A DNA stretch of 61,866 nucleotides from a virus, in the IMG/VR virus record IMGVR_UViG_3300050120_000077, positions 1 through 61,866 of that record. One strand, 5' to 3'. Each line of letters starts with the position of its first letter. The stretch's first letter is position 1. A program made the position numbers and the translations under genes. The notes below the pieces were generated by a model that was not told the DNA's origin, searched no databases, and worked only from the letters and a program-made list of their open reading frames with translations. This document shows, one piece after another, positions 35,161 through 44,879 of this stretch.

Positions 35161-36120
35161 TCAGTCGAGCAGCGCGAGAACGTCGGCGATATCGGCCATG
35201 TCTTGCTCGTCGTAGTCTTGCTCGTTCAGCCGGTGCATGACGTCGGAGACGTCGTGTGCATCCATGATCTGACGGGCAATGCCGGGCATCGCCTGGGCGA
35301 GCTCGGGAAAGGTTTCATCGATCGGCAGCGCATCCGGCGCGATCGAAGGGGACCGCCGCATCCAATCGGGCGGCAGCGGAATCGGCTTCGGCGCCGGCGG
35401 CTTTGCCGGTGGCACCTTGGCGATCGGTTCAAGGCCGGTGCGCCGCTTGCGCCGCGGACGGTCGCCGTCGCCAGCGGAAGCGCCATTGCCGCCACCGCCG
35501 GAAATCGAGACAGTGATCGTTCCGGCGACGCCGATGCCGATGGCGCCGGTGAAGTTGCCGCCGGGATTGACACCGATGGTTCCGGCAAGGCCGATGCCGC
35601 GCGTGCCTTGAAAGAACGCCTGTACCCACCCGATAAACTGCCCGGCAACACCAACGCTGGCTGCACCGTGGATGCCGACCGTATCAACCAGCGCCAGCGA
35701 TCCAGCACGGCCGATACCGGCAACTCCGACCAGAAGTGCGGCGGGGTTCGCGGTGATCCCGTGAGCGACACCGATGCCGGCAACGCCGACCAACCCGGTG
35801 GTGCCGGTGCGGCCGATCGAGCCAGCGATGCCGATGCCGGCGGTACCGACCAGATAGGCGCCAACGCCTGCGGTGATCGGTCCGGCAATACCGATGCCGA
35901 CCGCGCGGCCGATGCCAGCGGAATCACTGGCAACGAACGATCCGGCAATGCCGGTGCCCGCCACACCGATGATAAGGGCCGCGGGATTTGCGGTGATGTG
36001 CCCGGCGACACCGATGCCGGCGGCGCCCGTGAAGTGTCCGGACCCATCGGTTGCCTGGGTGTACGGGAGAAGCTTGCGCTTTGGGCGCCGAACTACCGGC
36101 CTGCGAAAGACGTAGGCCAT
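35161..36120 (-). CDS. 20-residue GIGxAG tandem-repeat protein (319 aa)
   Basis: Nine to ten units ending in G-I-G-x-A-G. Basic N-terminus, RPRRKRR patch, Pro-rich linker and acidic C-terminus. Confidence 0.7.
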   Translation of the reverse strand: MAYVFRRPVVRRPKRKLLPYTQATDGSGHFTGAAGIGVAGHITANPAALIIGVAGTGIAGSFVASDSAGIGRAVGIGIAGPITAGVGAYLVGTAGIGIAGSIGRTGTTGLVGVAGIGVAHGITANPAALLVGVAGIGRAGSLALVDTVGIHGAASVGVAGQFIGWVQAFFQGTRGIGLAGTIGVNPGGNFTGAIGIGVAGTITVSISGGGGNGASAGDGDRPRRKRRTGLEPIAKVPPAKPPAPKPIPLPPDWMRRSPSIAPDALPIDETFPELAQAMPGIARQIMDAHDVSDVMHRLNEQDYDEQDMADIADVLALLD

Positions 36121-36125
36121 TTAGA

Positions 36126-36599
36126 CTACGGTACTTCGCGCCACGCGATCGAACCGGAGACCACCGTCGAGGCTGGCGCAGCCGCCACGTCGATGATGAA
36201 GGCCTCGCCCGCCTGAATCACTTCGCGATCTTCCGGCGCCGGCAGGTATTGCCACGGCAGCAACACGTTCCACTGATGCGCCTGCAAGGTTTTCATCGTG
36301 CCGGTGCTCGTGGTCTGCGTCGTGATGTCGTTGGCGCGCGCCGTGGCGGTCGCCGTTTTGGTATCGCCGCTGTCTGACGGCGAGATGGTTGGCGCGGTAC
36401 CGCCAGTGCCTTGCGTCACCGTGGCCGGAGCCACCTTGATGCGAAGCCGGATCTCGGCCGGCGCGGTGACGCCGCCTGCGGACAAGTCGATCTGGTGAAT
36501 TTCCAGACCGTTCGCCTCGCCCGCCTTGAGCGAGAAAATATCCTGCAGCGCCGCGATGGTGACGTTTTCGAAGAACGTTTTATAGACCCGCTGGCCCAT
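36126..36599 (-). CDS. hypothetical protein (157 aa)
   Basis: ORF with good third-position GC. Thr/Ala-rich centre. Confidence 0.6.
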   Translation of the reverse strand: MGQRVYKTFFENVTIAALQDIFSLKAGEANGLEIHQIDLSAGGVTAPAEIRLRIKVAPATVTQGTGGTAPTISPSDSGDTKTATATARANDITTQTTSTGTMKTLQAHQWNVLLPWQYLPAPEDREVIQAGEAFIIDVAAAPASTVVSGSIAWREVP

Positions 36600-36603
36600 G
36601 GGC

Positions 36604-37704
36604 CTATCTCCTCAAATAATGACGTTGCCGAAACCACACCAACGATATCGGCGTGAACGAAAGAAAGAGGACGCCAGAACCGCCGACGCCGCCCAATGTG
36701 CTTGTAGAACCGGTCCAGCCGCCGCCGCCACCGCCACCGCCTAAGTTGGCTGCGCCTGCACCGCCGCCTAAGCCACCGGCCCCACCGCCGCCTAAGCCCC
36801 CTGCGGCAGAACCTGCGCCGCCGCGCGCATCTGGTGCGCCGCCGCCGCCGCCGGCGTAGTTGACCGGAGCGCCTGAGATCGATGAAGAATTTCCATCGCC
36901 ACCCGCGCCAGGGCTTGTGCCAGCGTTCACACCGGGATTTTTCCAGCCGCCGCCACCGCCGCCTACGGAGTATGCGCCGCCGGGCTCGGTACCAATGCCG
37001 CCTTGGTTACCTTGGCCCGCTGGCGATGCTGGGCCACCGCCTGTACCGTCGTAGCCGCCGCCGCCAGACCCTCCGGCGATACCCGGGACGCTTCCGCTTC
37101 CGCCAGCGCCGCCGCCAGTAGACGTTAGACTGCCAAACGTTGAAGGCGATCCGTTACCAGCAACGCCCAAGCGATTATTTGCGAAACCGCCGCCGCCGAT
37201 TACAACCGTTTGCGATCCGACGACTGGCAATTTGGTTGCGGTCCGGACGCCACCGGCCCCACCGCCGCCGCCAGCGCCGCCGGCACCGCCGGCCACCAAG
37301 AGGTAATCGACTTGAGTAACCAGTGTCGGCGGCGTCCACGATGTGGTGCCAACGCTGGTAAACGAAACCACCGTTGCGAACTCGTACACCAGCGGCAGTT
37401 CATCAAGCCCTGGATACCAAGGCATATCGCACAGCGCCGCGATATCGCGCGGGATCGGATCGCCGTCGATCTGGTGACGCATGAGCGCCAGCAGGAAGAC
37501 GTCATAGGCATCCGGATCGTGGAAGATGCCTACCCACTTGATGAACCCGTCATGCAGCCGCGCCCGCGCGTAATAGTGGGTCTGGCTTCCGGCTCCCTGC
37601 GAGGAGTGCCGGTGATGCTGCGCGGTGCCGTACAGCCGCGGGAGGATGATTCCCTTGTGCGGTGACGGCGGGACGATCAGCCCGTCATAGGGCTGGAAGC
37701 CCAT
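36604..37704 (-). CDS. glycine-rich-domain fibre-like protein (366 aa)
   Basis: TSWTPPTLVTQVDYLLVAGGAGGAGGGGGAGG lead-in, followed by about 230 aa of Gly runs (GGGGGGGGW). Confidence 0.7.
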   Translation of the reverse strand: MGFQPYDGLIVPPSPHKGIILPRLYGTAQHHRHSSQGAGSQTHYYARARLHDGFIKWVGIFHDPDAYDVFLLALMRHQIDGDPIPRDIAALCDMPWYPGLDELPLVYEFATVVSFTSVGTTSWTPPTLVTQVDYLLVAGGAGGAGGGGGAGGVRTATKLPVVGSQTVVIGGGGFANNRLGVAGNGSPSTFGSLTSTGGGAGGSGSVPGIAGGSGGGGYDGTGGGPASPAGQGNQGGIGTEPGGAYSVGGGGGGWKNPGVNAGTSPGAGGDGNSSSISGAPVNYAGGGGGAPDARGGAGSAAGGLGGGGAGGLGGGAGAANLGGGGGGGGWTGSTSTLGGVGGSGVLFLSFTPISLVWFRQRHYLRR

Positions 37705-38357
37705 TAGGTGATCTGCAACACGGCGGTACCGACCGCTGCCACCGGCATGATCGCGGTGAAGGTGCCGCTCGATACCGTCTGCGTTCCGCCGAAGTCATAG
37801 ACCGAGGTGCCGGGGTTCACGACGGGGCCGTTCTGCATGAAGTTGTAGAGCATGCACCCGATCGTCGAGAACGAAGCCGACGTCCAGGTCGGGTTGGGCG
37901 AGAACGAGGTGTAAGCCGATGGGCTCACGGCCACCGGATCGACATTGCCCATCGTCAGACCGCCAACGGTGTATCCGGTACCGCTGGTCTCGTCGGAATT
38001 CCCTGTCATATCGGAATAGCTGGTCGATGCCGCGCCATAGGTGCCGGCGATACCGACCTTGAACAGCGCGATCTTGAAGGTGTCGCCGGTCACGGTCACG
38101 GTGCCGATAGCGCCGGTCGTGGCTTCTGAAATCCTGATCGAGGCCGCGGACAGGATGCGCGCAACGACCGTATTGGCGGCAAAGTTTGTTCCGCTCAATT
38201 GATTGCCGACATAGACGCCGACCAGCGAAGAAACGGCGGTCAGGGTTTGCGTCGATGTGCCGGTCGCGGTGAAGGTGCGCGTTTGGCTGTGGCCATGAGC
38301 GCCGTTGAACAAGTCGCGCTTGTAGGAAGCGAGCATGGCGGTGGTGATCGAGCCCAT
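37704..38357 (-). CDS. hypothetical Thr/Ser/Gly-rich structural protein (217 aa)
   Basis: ORF whose stop shares 1 nt with the start codon of 36604..37704. Confidence 0.6.
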   Translation of the reverse strand: MGSITTAMLASYKRDLFNGAHGHSQTRTFTATGTSTQTLTAVSSLVGVYVGNQLSGTNFAANTVVARILSAASIRISEATTGAIGTVTVTGDTFKIALFKVGIAGTYGAASTSYSDMTGNSDETSGTGYTVGGLTMGNVDPVAVSPSAYTSFSPNPTWTSASFSTIGCMLYNFMQNGPVVNPGTSVYDFGGTQTVSSGTFTAIMPVAAVGTAVLQIT

Positions 38358-38360
38358 CGG

Positions 38361-38825
38361 TTAAGCTCCCTTCGCCGCAACAGCGCGGTCATGGTGATAT
38401 CGCCGCTCGATGTGCATCACGTCGGCGGTGTGCTGGGCGATGATCGCAACGAGGTGCGCCTGCACGTCCGGCTTGGCGAAATGCGCCGCGTAGGGCGTTG
38501 CCGCCAGTGCCGCGTTCACCTTGACCATAGTGGGGGTGACGTCCTCCATCGGGTCGATCGGCTTTTCGACGCGGGCGGTCGCGGCTTTCATGCTCGCCGG
38601 CGCCTCGGCGCGTTCGGCATCCTGCACCGTGGTATGGTGCGCGTTGAAGATCGCGAACAAGATTGGCTGCAAGTCACGCTTGGCCTGCCGCGCGGCGAGG
38701 GCTTCCGGAGACACCGAATCGTCCTTGACCACGATCAGGTTGACGATCGTGCTGGCCGTCAGGTCGGCCCACTTGTCGGCCGGATGCGGGCCGCCATTGG
38801 TGACCATGAAAGACGTAATCTGCAT
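38361..38825 (-). CDS. hypothetical protein (154 aa)
   Basis: ORF directly downstream of the portal gene. Confidence 0.6.
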   Translation of the reverse strand: MQITSFMVTNGGPHPADKWADLTASTIVNLIVVKDDSVSPEALAARQAKRDLQPILFAIFNAHHTTVQDAERAEAPASMKAATARVEKPIDPMEDVTPTMVKVNAALAATPYAAHFAKPDVQAHLVAIIAQHTADVMHIERRYHHDRAVAAKGA

Positions 38826-38828
38826 CTG

Positions 38829-41333
38829 TTAGTGCTCCTGAATGTGAAATTCTGAGGCGCGGCCATCGGGACCGCGCTTGGCGATCGTGACGGTGCGGGA
38901 CTTCGGCTTGGTCGCCTTTTCGAGATTGGCCTGCTCGGCGGCACGATCGACCGCCTCTTGTTGGCCAGCATCACCTGCAGGAACGGTGTGATCGCCGATG
39001 TCGCCTGGGGCGACGCCTGCGTTGCCGTTGCCAGCGTTCGATGGCGGCTGAACCATTCCGTCACCGGGAGCCCCGGCGTCGTCACCGCCGCCGCTTCCGT
39101 CATCCATGCCGGGCTGAACCAGCGGCGAGCCGTCCGGATTGACACCGCGCGCCGCGTTCTGGCGGGCCATATGTGCGTCGGCGTGCTTGTGTCCCATTTC
39201 AGCCGCGCGGCCGAGCTGATCCATGTGACTTACGCTGTTCGCGAACTGCGAGTTCGTCCACGCGTCTTCCAGTTCCTTTTGACCGAGGCCCACCTTGGCC
39301 GCTGCTGCGAGCGCGGTCAGCACCAAAGCCTTGGCGCGCGATTTGTCGAGTTGGGTCTTTGCCTGCAACGCATCGAGTTGCGGCTGCTGCATCGGATTCT
39401 GAGAGGCAGGCCCCTTGATGATGAATCGCTTGCCGCCGTCGCGGTAACCGACCGCGCCGTACACTTCGTCCATGACCGCGACCGGATCGATCTGCATTTC
39501 GCCACTCTGGAACTGCTTGGACTTTTCGAGCAGCGGCATCGCGACGTTGGTCGCATCCTGAAACTTCGCGAGCCGCTGGCTCGGATCGCCCGAGCCGAGC
39601 CCGACGTTCACCCGCAGCGTGACCTCGTTTTCGAGCAGCTCGTTGGTGATCTGGTTGACGCCGTACTTCTCCATCAACTGCGCGCGGTCGCCGCAGATTC
39701 CGAGAATGATGGGGTCCGATTCGTAGAACTGGATGGCGCGCACGAGCTGGGAAAGCACCGGCTCGCACCACGTCTCAATCCAGATCCGGATATCGAACTC
39801 TTGAACCGCGTTCGCGGCGCCGGCCGCCAGCTTCAATCCGCCGAGGGTCTTGGACAGGTTGTTGTTGGAATCGACCGTGCCGTAATTCTGCTGACCGGCG
39901 ATATCGTCGAACTCGATATCGAGGTTTTGCTTCATTAGGATGGCCGCCTGGGGCACATCCGGCGGCCGATCCCATGTGACGTCGGTAGCCGCCGTCACCA
40001 TGATCGAGGAGCCTTGACCGCGGCGCTTCAAGGCGTCGAGGTCAACCTGTCGGCCGCGCACAACCTTCGTGACCGGGAGAACGTTCTGTTTCACGGCATC
40101 GAGCGTGAGGTTGCGGAGGTCATTAACCTCCATCTGCAACATCTGCCAGCTTTCCGCCGACGACATCGGGAACAGCCGGAACGCTTCCAGCGCGCCGATG
40201 CCGAATACCAAAGGTCGCTCTCCGAACTGTTCCGGATAGACCTCGCGAACCGGTCTCGGGTCGGTCAGCATGCACTTGTCGCCAACCGAGAGGAACGTCC
40301 AGTCGTCGCCAGCGCAACGCATGTAGGTCTCGTAGACCCAAATGATATCGAAGCTCTGGCCGTTATTGGCATCGTCCATGCGGTCGATGCCTTGCTCACG
40401 TGCACGGCGGATCGCAGCCATATCGAACTTGGCGCTATCGCCGGTACCGCGGAGCTGGCTTTCGGTCAGATCGCGCCACGGATTGCGCGGGTCTTTCTGC
40501 TTGGCTCGGATTTCGTCAATCCGCATCGGCCACTTGATGATGATGTAGGCCGCGTCCTGCGCCGGGTTGGTCCAGTCAGCCGCCGGATCGATGGTGATGT
40601 TTTCCGGCGGGATGCCCTGGCTATCGGGTCGATCGATGAACGGTTTCCAGACGGCCCGCTTCTGGCCGGTCGATTCCCCGTCATCGTCCTTAACGTCTTC
40701 GTCGCCGGTCTTTCGCAGCTCCAGCTTCCACGATTGCTTGGACATGCAGATGCCGGTGAGCACCGCGGTCTGCCGCATGCCGAGCGCCGTCAGGAACCAC
40801 GGCATTGACGCCTTTCCGGAGGTCCGGCTGGTTCGATAGTTCAGAAGCTCCTGCACCACCGCGGCCGAAGCTTTCTGCCCCTGATCGGATTCATTGCCCG
40901 GCGTGCAGCTTATCGCGTCGATGGTGCCGAACAGCGAGGCGGCGACCGCCGCTAGATCCTTGCGAACCGCCGAGCGCGTCTTCGGGACGAACAGCTTGGA
41001 ACGGTTTTTGAAGTCGTCGCTTGTATATTTCGAGCCGACGAAATGCTCTTGGTGGAAAGCCCGGTAAACCCGCGACCACGATTTGCGGTTGACCTGATTG
41101 ATATAGAGCTGCGCCTGACTCTCGGCCTCGCGCACCAACTGCAAGAACTCCTGTTCCGTTGGCTGCTCGGAATATTCGTCGTCGTCGCCACCTTCGGCGG
41201 GGTTGGCGCCGTCCGTCCCTTGCGCCTCTGCGCGCGCATAGAGGTCATCGTCCTTGTTGTCGTCGGCAATTGAGAACTGCCGCGTTCGGGCATTCGTAAC
41301 GGTATCCTCGCCGACCGGCGTGGAGCGCAGCAT
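38829..41333 (-). CDS. portal protein (834 aa)
   Basis: Largest gene downstream of terL; the call rests on size and position. No motif verified. Confidence 0.7.
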   Translation of the reverse strand: MLRSTPVGEDTVTNARTRQFSIADDNKDDDLYARAEAQGTDGANPAEGGDDDEYSEQPTEQEFLQLVREAESQAQLYINQVNRKSWSRVYRAFHQEHFVGSKYTSDDFKNRSKLFVPKTRSAVRKDLAAVAASLFGTIDAISCTPGNESDQGQKASAAVVQELLNYRTSRTSGKASMPWFLTALGMRQTAVLTGICMSKQSWKLELRKTGDEDVKDDDGESTGQKRAVWKPFIDRPDSQGIPPENITIDPAADWTNPAQDAAYIIIKWPMRIDEIRAKQKDPRNPWRDLTESQLRGTGDSAKFDMAAIRRAREQGIDRMDDANNGQSFDIIWVYETYMRCAGDDWTFLSVGDKCMLTDPRPVREVYPEQFGERPLVFGIGALEAFRLFPMSSAESWQMLQMEVNDLRNLTLDAVKQNVLPVTKVVRGRQVDLDALKRRGQGSSIMVTAATDVTWDRPPDVPQAAILMKQNLDIEFDDIAGQQNYGTVDSNNNLSKTLGGLKLAAGAANAVQEFDIRIWIETWCEPVLSQLVRAIQFYESDPIILGICGDRAQLMEKYGVNQITNELLENEVTLRVNVGLGSGDPSQRLAKFQDATNVAMPLLEKSKQFQSGEMQIDPVAVMDEVYGAVGYRDGGKRFIIKGPASQNPMQQPQLDALQAKTQLDKSRAKALVLTALAAAAKVGLGQKELEDAWTNSQFANSVSHMDQLGRAAEMGHKHADAHMARQNAARGVNPDGSPLVQPGMDDGSGGGDDAGAPGDGMVQPPSNAGNGNAGVAPGDIGDHTVPAGDAGQQEAVDRAAEQANLEKATKPKSRTVTIAKRGPDGRASEFHIQEH

Positions 41334-41773
41334 TACTGACGCCTCTTAAAGTCGATCTGCGCCAGATGCTTGTTGTCGCGTGCGTGCAGGAACGAGGAGA
41401 CCTCGAAGCCGCGGCGCGGCAGATTGAACCGCTCCAGCAGTTCTCCACCGCCGTCGATCACCAGCTTCGGCGAAAGATCATCCCACTCGCCGAGCCGGAT
41501 CAGCCATTTCAGCGTCGGTCCCATCAGCACCGGAATGCCGAAATACACAACGCCCTGGCTGGCGTCGGCGTTCGATTGCCACGGATAGCCGGGATAGTGG
41601 TGCGTCAAAATCTCGTTGACGCGGTTCGCCACGAACATATCGAAATCGCGGTGCATGTCCGGCGTGCCGTCCAGCGGTGCCTTGTACATCTGCACATTGA
41701 GCATCTGGCGGTCGCCGACACGATCAGGCGCGTCGGCGCGCACCAACTGCGGCACGTCGATATTCATGTTCAC
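41333..41773 (-). CDS. hypothetical protein (146 aa)
   Basis: ORF between terL and portal, coupled at both ends. Confidence 0.6.
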   Translation of the reverse strand: MNMNIDVPQLVRADAPDRVGDRQMLNVQMYKAPLDGTPDMHRDFDMFVANRVNEILTHHYPGYPWQSNADASQGVVYFGIPVLMGPTLKWLIRLGEWDDLSPKLVIDGGGELLERFNLPRRGFEVSSFLHARDNKHLAQIDFKRRQ

Positions 41774-41952
41774 GACTCGTAGGCTCCGGAGGTGGCGTTG
41801 TTGCCGTAGAAGGTGTGCCCGGTGAACTCGTAGAACGGTTCACGACGGGTCTGCCGCTCGAAGTCGGGATCGGCACGCACCACAAGGGTCTTGAACGGCA
41901 CCACTAACGTGGTGACCTTCGTGCGTGGCTTGTAGCGAGTATCGGCGGGCAT
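41770..41952 (-). CDS. hypothetical protein (60 aa)
   Basis: ATGA-type coupling with its downstream neighbour. Confidence 0.45.
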   Translation of the reverse strand: MPADTRYKPRTKVTTLVVPFKTLVVRADPDFERQTRREPFYEFTGHTFYGNNATSGAYES

Positions 41953-41953
41953 G

Positions 41954-42181
41954 TTACTTGACCTGTCCAGGGTGAGAGACGAGTGCCGCCGGTGCGATGT
42001 CCTCGACCTTCTTGCAGGTCGGGCATTTCACCGGAACGGTATTGTTGGCGAGATCGCCGTCTGAAATTGTGCCGTCCGAGAGACCAAAGAGAAAAATTTC
42101 TCCGCAGTCGCATTCGATCGGCGTGCATTCGTTGTGCCCGCGACCTTTGAGTTGGTGCGGGATAGCGTCGAGGACTTTCAC
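41954..42181 (-). CDS. zinc-ribbon-like small protein (75 aa)
   Basis: CTPIECDC ... CPTC. Confidence 0.5.
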   Translation of the reverse strand: MKVLDAIPHQLKGRGHNECTPIECDCGEIFLFGLSDGTISDGDLANNTVPVKCPTCKKVEDIAPAALVSHPGQVK

Positions 42182-42191
42182 GATGATGGTC

Positions 42192-43994
42192 CTAGCTGTC
42201 CAAGTGGATGGTGGGTTCGGCCTTCATGGTCTCGAACTGCACCGGAGCCTTCGGCTCCATGTCGTAAATGCGGCTTACCGCATCGATCAGATCGTCATGC
42301 GGCGCGAACGGATGCAGCCGCATTTCTTCCATGAACGCGCGGGTCAGGTCGTACATGTCGCCGCGCTCGTCGCGCCGTCGCAATGCAGTCACCACGCGAT
42401 GGTTTTGGAACGTGGCGGCGCAGTAGCGCTGCAACTTGGTTGGCCCGATCATCGGACGGTAGACGATGGTGTCCACTGCCGGGTTTTCTTTCATGCCGGC
42501 CTCGGCCGCCATGTTGTGGTCTTTCTCGGTCCACACGTCCCACAGCGCGGCGGTATTATAGCTGGGCTCACCAGCGACGGTTCTGCCGAAGTCCGGATGG
42601 TAAACCACGGCCGGGATGTAGAGCATCCCGCGGTTCATATCCGGCTCCAACCGCTCGATGCGGTCGTTCTTGGCGTTCTTGCCCGAGCCGTCCTTCGAGG
42701 AGTTCACCTCCTCGATCAGGAAGTAGTTGCCCTCGCGCTGCATGTTCTCGTTGAGAACCTCGATGTCGGACTGCATGCCATACTGCTCGTAGCCGATCCG
42801 CACCATCTGCACGCCGGGATGGTTGCGCCACTTCGACTCGTACTGCTTGATGAGCTGCCAGCGTTCGGACAGCTTCATCCGATGGCAGACACCATCGAGG
42901 AGATACTTATTGCCGCCGACGTCCACGCCCATGACGGCGATCGCGGTTCGGTCCGATCGCGGGCCGCGCCCCTTTGACGGGTCGCAGAGGATGTAGACGT
43001 TGAGCACCGAGGGCACCACGTCGTAGTGGCGCAGCATTCGGGTGCGGAAGGTGCTCTCGGTCCCGGCCAGCGGGTTGAGGAGCATCTGCGCGTTGACGGT
43101 AGATTGCTGCGCCAGCTTGACCTGATCCCACTTCTCCTGCGTCAGGAAGACTGGCGTGCCTTTCACGGTGCCATCATCCGTCGCCGGATAGCGCCGCTCC
43201 TTCAAAGCGCGCCGATCGAGCAGGATGCCGTAGGTGTCAGCGAACGAATATCGCGTGCCTTGGTGCCACTTCCGCGTCACCTTGGCGGTGCCGAGATTGT
43301 CCGAAAGCTCCCATGCGATGGTGACCTTCTTAATCATGTCCGGATTTCCGACCAGGGTGTCGGTGACCAGATCATCGTAATTTAGAAGATCAAAATGGCT
43401 TCCGACCGGCATGCCGTCGATCAAACCGTAGGCACTCATGGTAGGCTCGCGCGGGTTACCGCGGCGCTTGACTACAATGCCTTCCTTCTCGGACCATTTC
43501 GGAGATTCATTCTCCGGATCATCATAGAACACATCGGAATGGATGCGCTTCAGGTCCTCGTTGCGCTCCAGCTCGTTCTTGATCTGGACCAGAAACGGAC
43601 GAGCCACATCATTCTTGCACGACAGGATGGCGATCTTGATCTCCGGATCAATGATCGTCTCCTGAATACAGCCGGCGAAGGTGCATATCGAAGACTTGTA
43701 GTGATATCGCGCCCATAGATCGAGGTAGCCATCGGGCTTGCTCTCGACCTCACGGCAGCGATCGAAGATCCATTCGTGCCACGCATCGACGCGTTTGCAC
43801 GTCACCGTGAGCAGGTAGTACCGATCATTGGCGTTCATCAAGGCTTTCGCCTTGTCGTCCAGCGCGGTCTCAACGTGCTGGTAGAACTCCATGGTCTGCC
43901 AGAAATCAAGGAACGGCAGCTCGGTAACGATGAAGTTCGATAGCTCCTCGTTGTCGGCGGTTAGATACCGACTGGCTTTAAGCTCGCGGGCCAT
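42192..43994 (-). CDS. terL: terminase large subunit (600 aa)
   Basis: Deviant Walker-A-like LWARYHYKSS. Nuclease acidic motifs VYILCDPSKG, DRTAIAVMGVD and PHDDLIDAVSRIYD. Confidence 0.8.
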   Translation of the reverse strand: MARELKASRYLTADNEELSNFIVTELPFLDFWQTMEFYQHVETALDDKAKALMNANDRYYLLTVTCKRVDAWHEWIFDRCREVESKPDGYLDLWARYHYKSSICTFAGCIQETIIDPEIKIAILSCKNDVARPFLVQIKNELERNEDLKRIHSDVFYDDPENESPKWSEKEGIVVKRRGNPREPTMSAYGLIDGMPVGSHFDLLNYDDLVTDTLVGNPDMIKKVTIAWELSDNLGTAKVTRKWHQGTRYSFADTYGILLDRRALKERRYPATDDGTVKGTPVFLTQEKWDQVKLAQQSTVNAQMLLNPLAGTESTFRTRMLRHYDVVPSVLNVYILCDPSKGRGPRSDRTAIAVMGVDVGGNKYLLDGVCHRMKLSERWQLIKQYESKWRNHPGVQMVRIGYEQYGMQSDIEVLNENMQREGNYFLIEEVNSSKDGSGKNAKNDRIERLEPDMNRGMLYIPAVVYHPDFGRTVAGEPSYNTAALWDVWTEKDHNMAAEAGMKENPAVDTIVYRPMIGPTKLQRYCAATFQNHRVVTALRRRDERGDMYDLTRAFMEEMRLHPFAPHDDLIDAVSRIYDMEPKAPVQFETMKAEPTIHLDS

Positions 43995-44211
43995 GCCCGA
44001 AGAATCGCAACACGCTGAAACCGAACTGGCCGCAGCGAGCTTTGAGCATCATCGCCGGCCGGTGCCAGCCGACCAAATCAAGATCAGGCGCACCGTGCTG
44101 CGGCGTGCTCACGGCCACCGGCGACGGCGGCATCAGCGCGCAGATCACATAGTCCCCGGGCGCATCCCGGTTCGGCAACAGCGCGTGCTTGCACCACTGA
44201 CAACGCTTCAT
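43978..44211 (-). CDS. hypothetical Cys-containing protein (77 aa)
   Basis: High third-position GC. ATGA overlap with the upstream gene and a 17-nt overlap with terL. Confidence 0.45.
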   Translation of the reverse strand: MKRCQWCKHALLPNRDAPGDYVICALMPPSPVAVSTPQHGAPDLDLVGWHRPAMMLKARCGQFGFSVLRFFGHGPRA

Positions 44212-44879
44212 GCTGCGACACTCCCACGCTTGGCTCGAAAGTCTGCGATCGCCTGCGCCGATGGCGACAGACGCCGCGGCTCGTTGACGTCGTGCTCGAC
44301 AACCTTGGCGCCGTCGCCCGCGTCAGGCATCGGCGGGGCGACCATTGGCACAAGGCCGGTACCGAGCGCGGAATAGAGCTTGGCGGCCTTGTCGGGCGCT
44401 AGCATCATCAGCTTGGTGTGCTGCGCCAGATCCTCGGCGAGAAGATAACGTGCGACCTTCACCAGCTTGCTGGTCTGATTTTCAAGCTCCTGATCGTCCA
44501 TGCTGACCAGCGCCTGCACGCGATCCTTTGCGCCCGGCGGCAGGTTCCGGATGGCTTCGAGCAACGCATCGGCAACCGCTGCGGCCGGCGCATCCGGCGG
44601 CGCTACGGCCTTCACCTGCTTGATGGCGATAGCCTCCGGAGAGGTCGTCTCTGCCGTTTCACGCGCGACGCGCGCCTCCGACTTCCTGCCTTGATTCTGA
44701 GTAAGGCGAGGTTTGAAGCCGCTATTCTTCACGCGCATGATCGTCGATGCCGAAATATCCCAGCCGGCAGCGCGCATCGAAGCTTCGAGGCTACGCTGCG
44801 TCGGCTTCTCCGCGGCATTCCACGCGGCCTCGATGTCGCGCTCAGTTGGCCTACCGAGGCTTCCCGGTTCGATACTCAT
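44208..44879 (-). CDS. terminase small subunit candidate (223 aa)
   Basis: Position upstream of terL. HTH-like N-terminus KPTQRSLEASMRAAGWDISASTIMRV. Confidence 0.45.
   Translation of the reverse strand: MSIEPGSLGRPTERDIEAAWNAAEKPTQRSLEASMRAAGWDISASTIMRVKNSGFKPRLTQNQGRKSEARVARETAETTSPEAIAIKQVKAVAPPDAPAAAVADALLEAIRNLPPGAKDRVQALVSMDDQELENQTSKLVKVARYLLAEDLAQHTKLMMLAPDKAAKLYSALGTGLVPMVAPPMPDAGDGAKVVEHDVNEPRRLSPSAQAIADFRAKRGSVAA

Noticed and set aside
34750-37121. Plus-strand ORFs, including a 488-aa ORF (34750..36216) and poly-proline ORFs (36653..36859, 36860..37054).
   Set aside because: They are mirror images of the minus-strand GIGxAG and poly-glycine genes (GGC read as GCC/CCG). The minus-strand genes fit the operon and the coupling pattern.
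35161-37704. Periodic short repeats that could suggest a CRISPR array or satellite.
   Set aside because: The periodicity is 60 nt and degenerate, lies within long ORFs and corresponds to protein repeats. There are no unique spacers and no conserved direct repeat.
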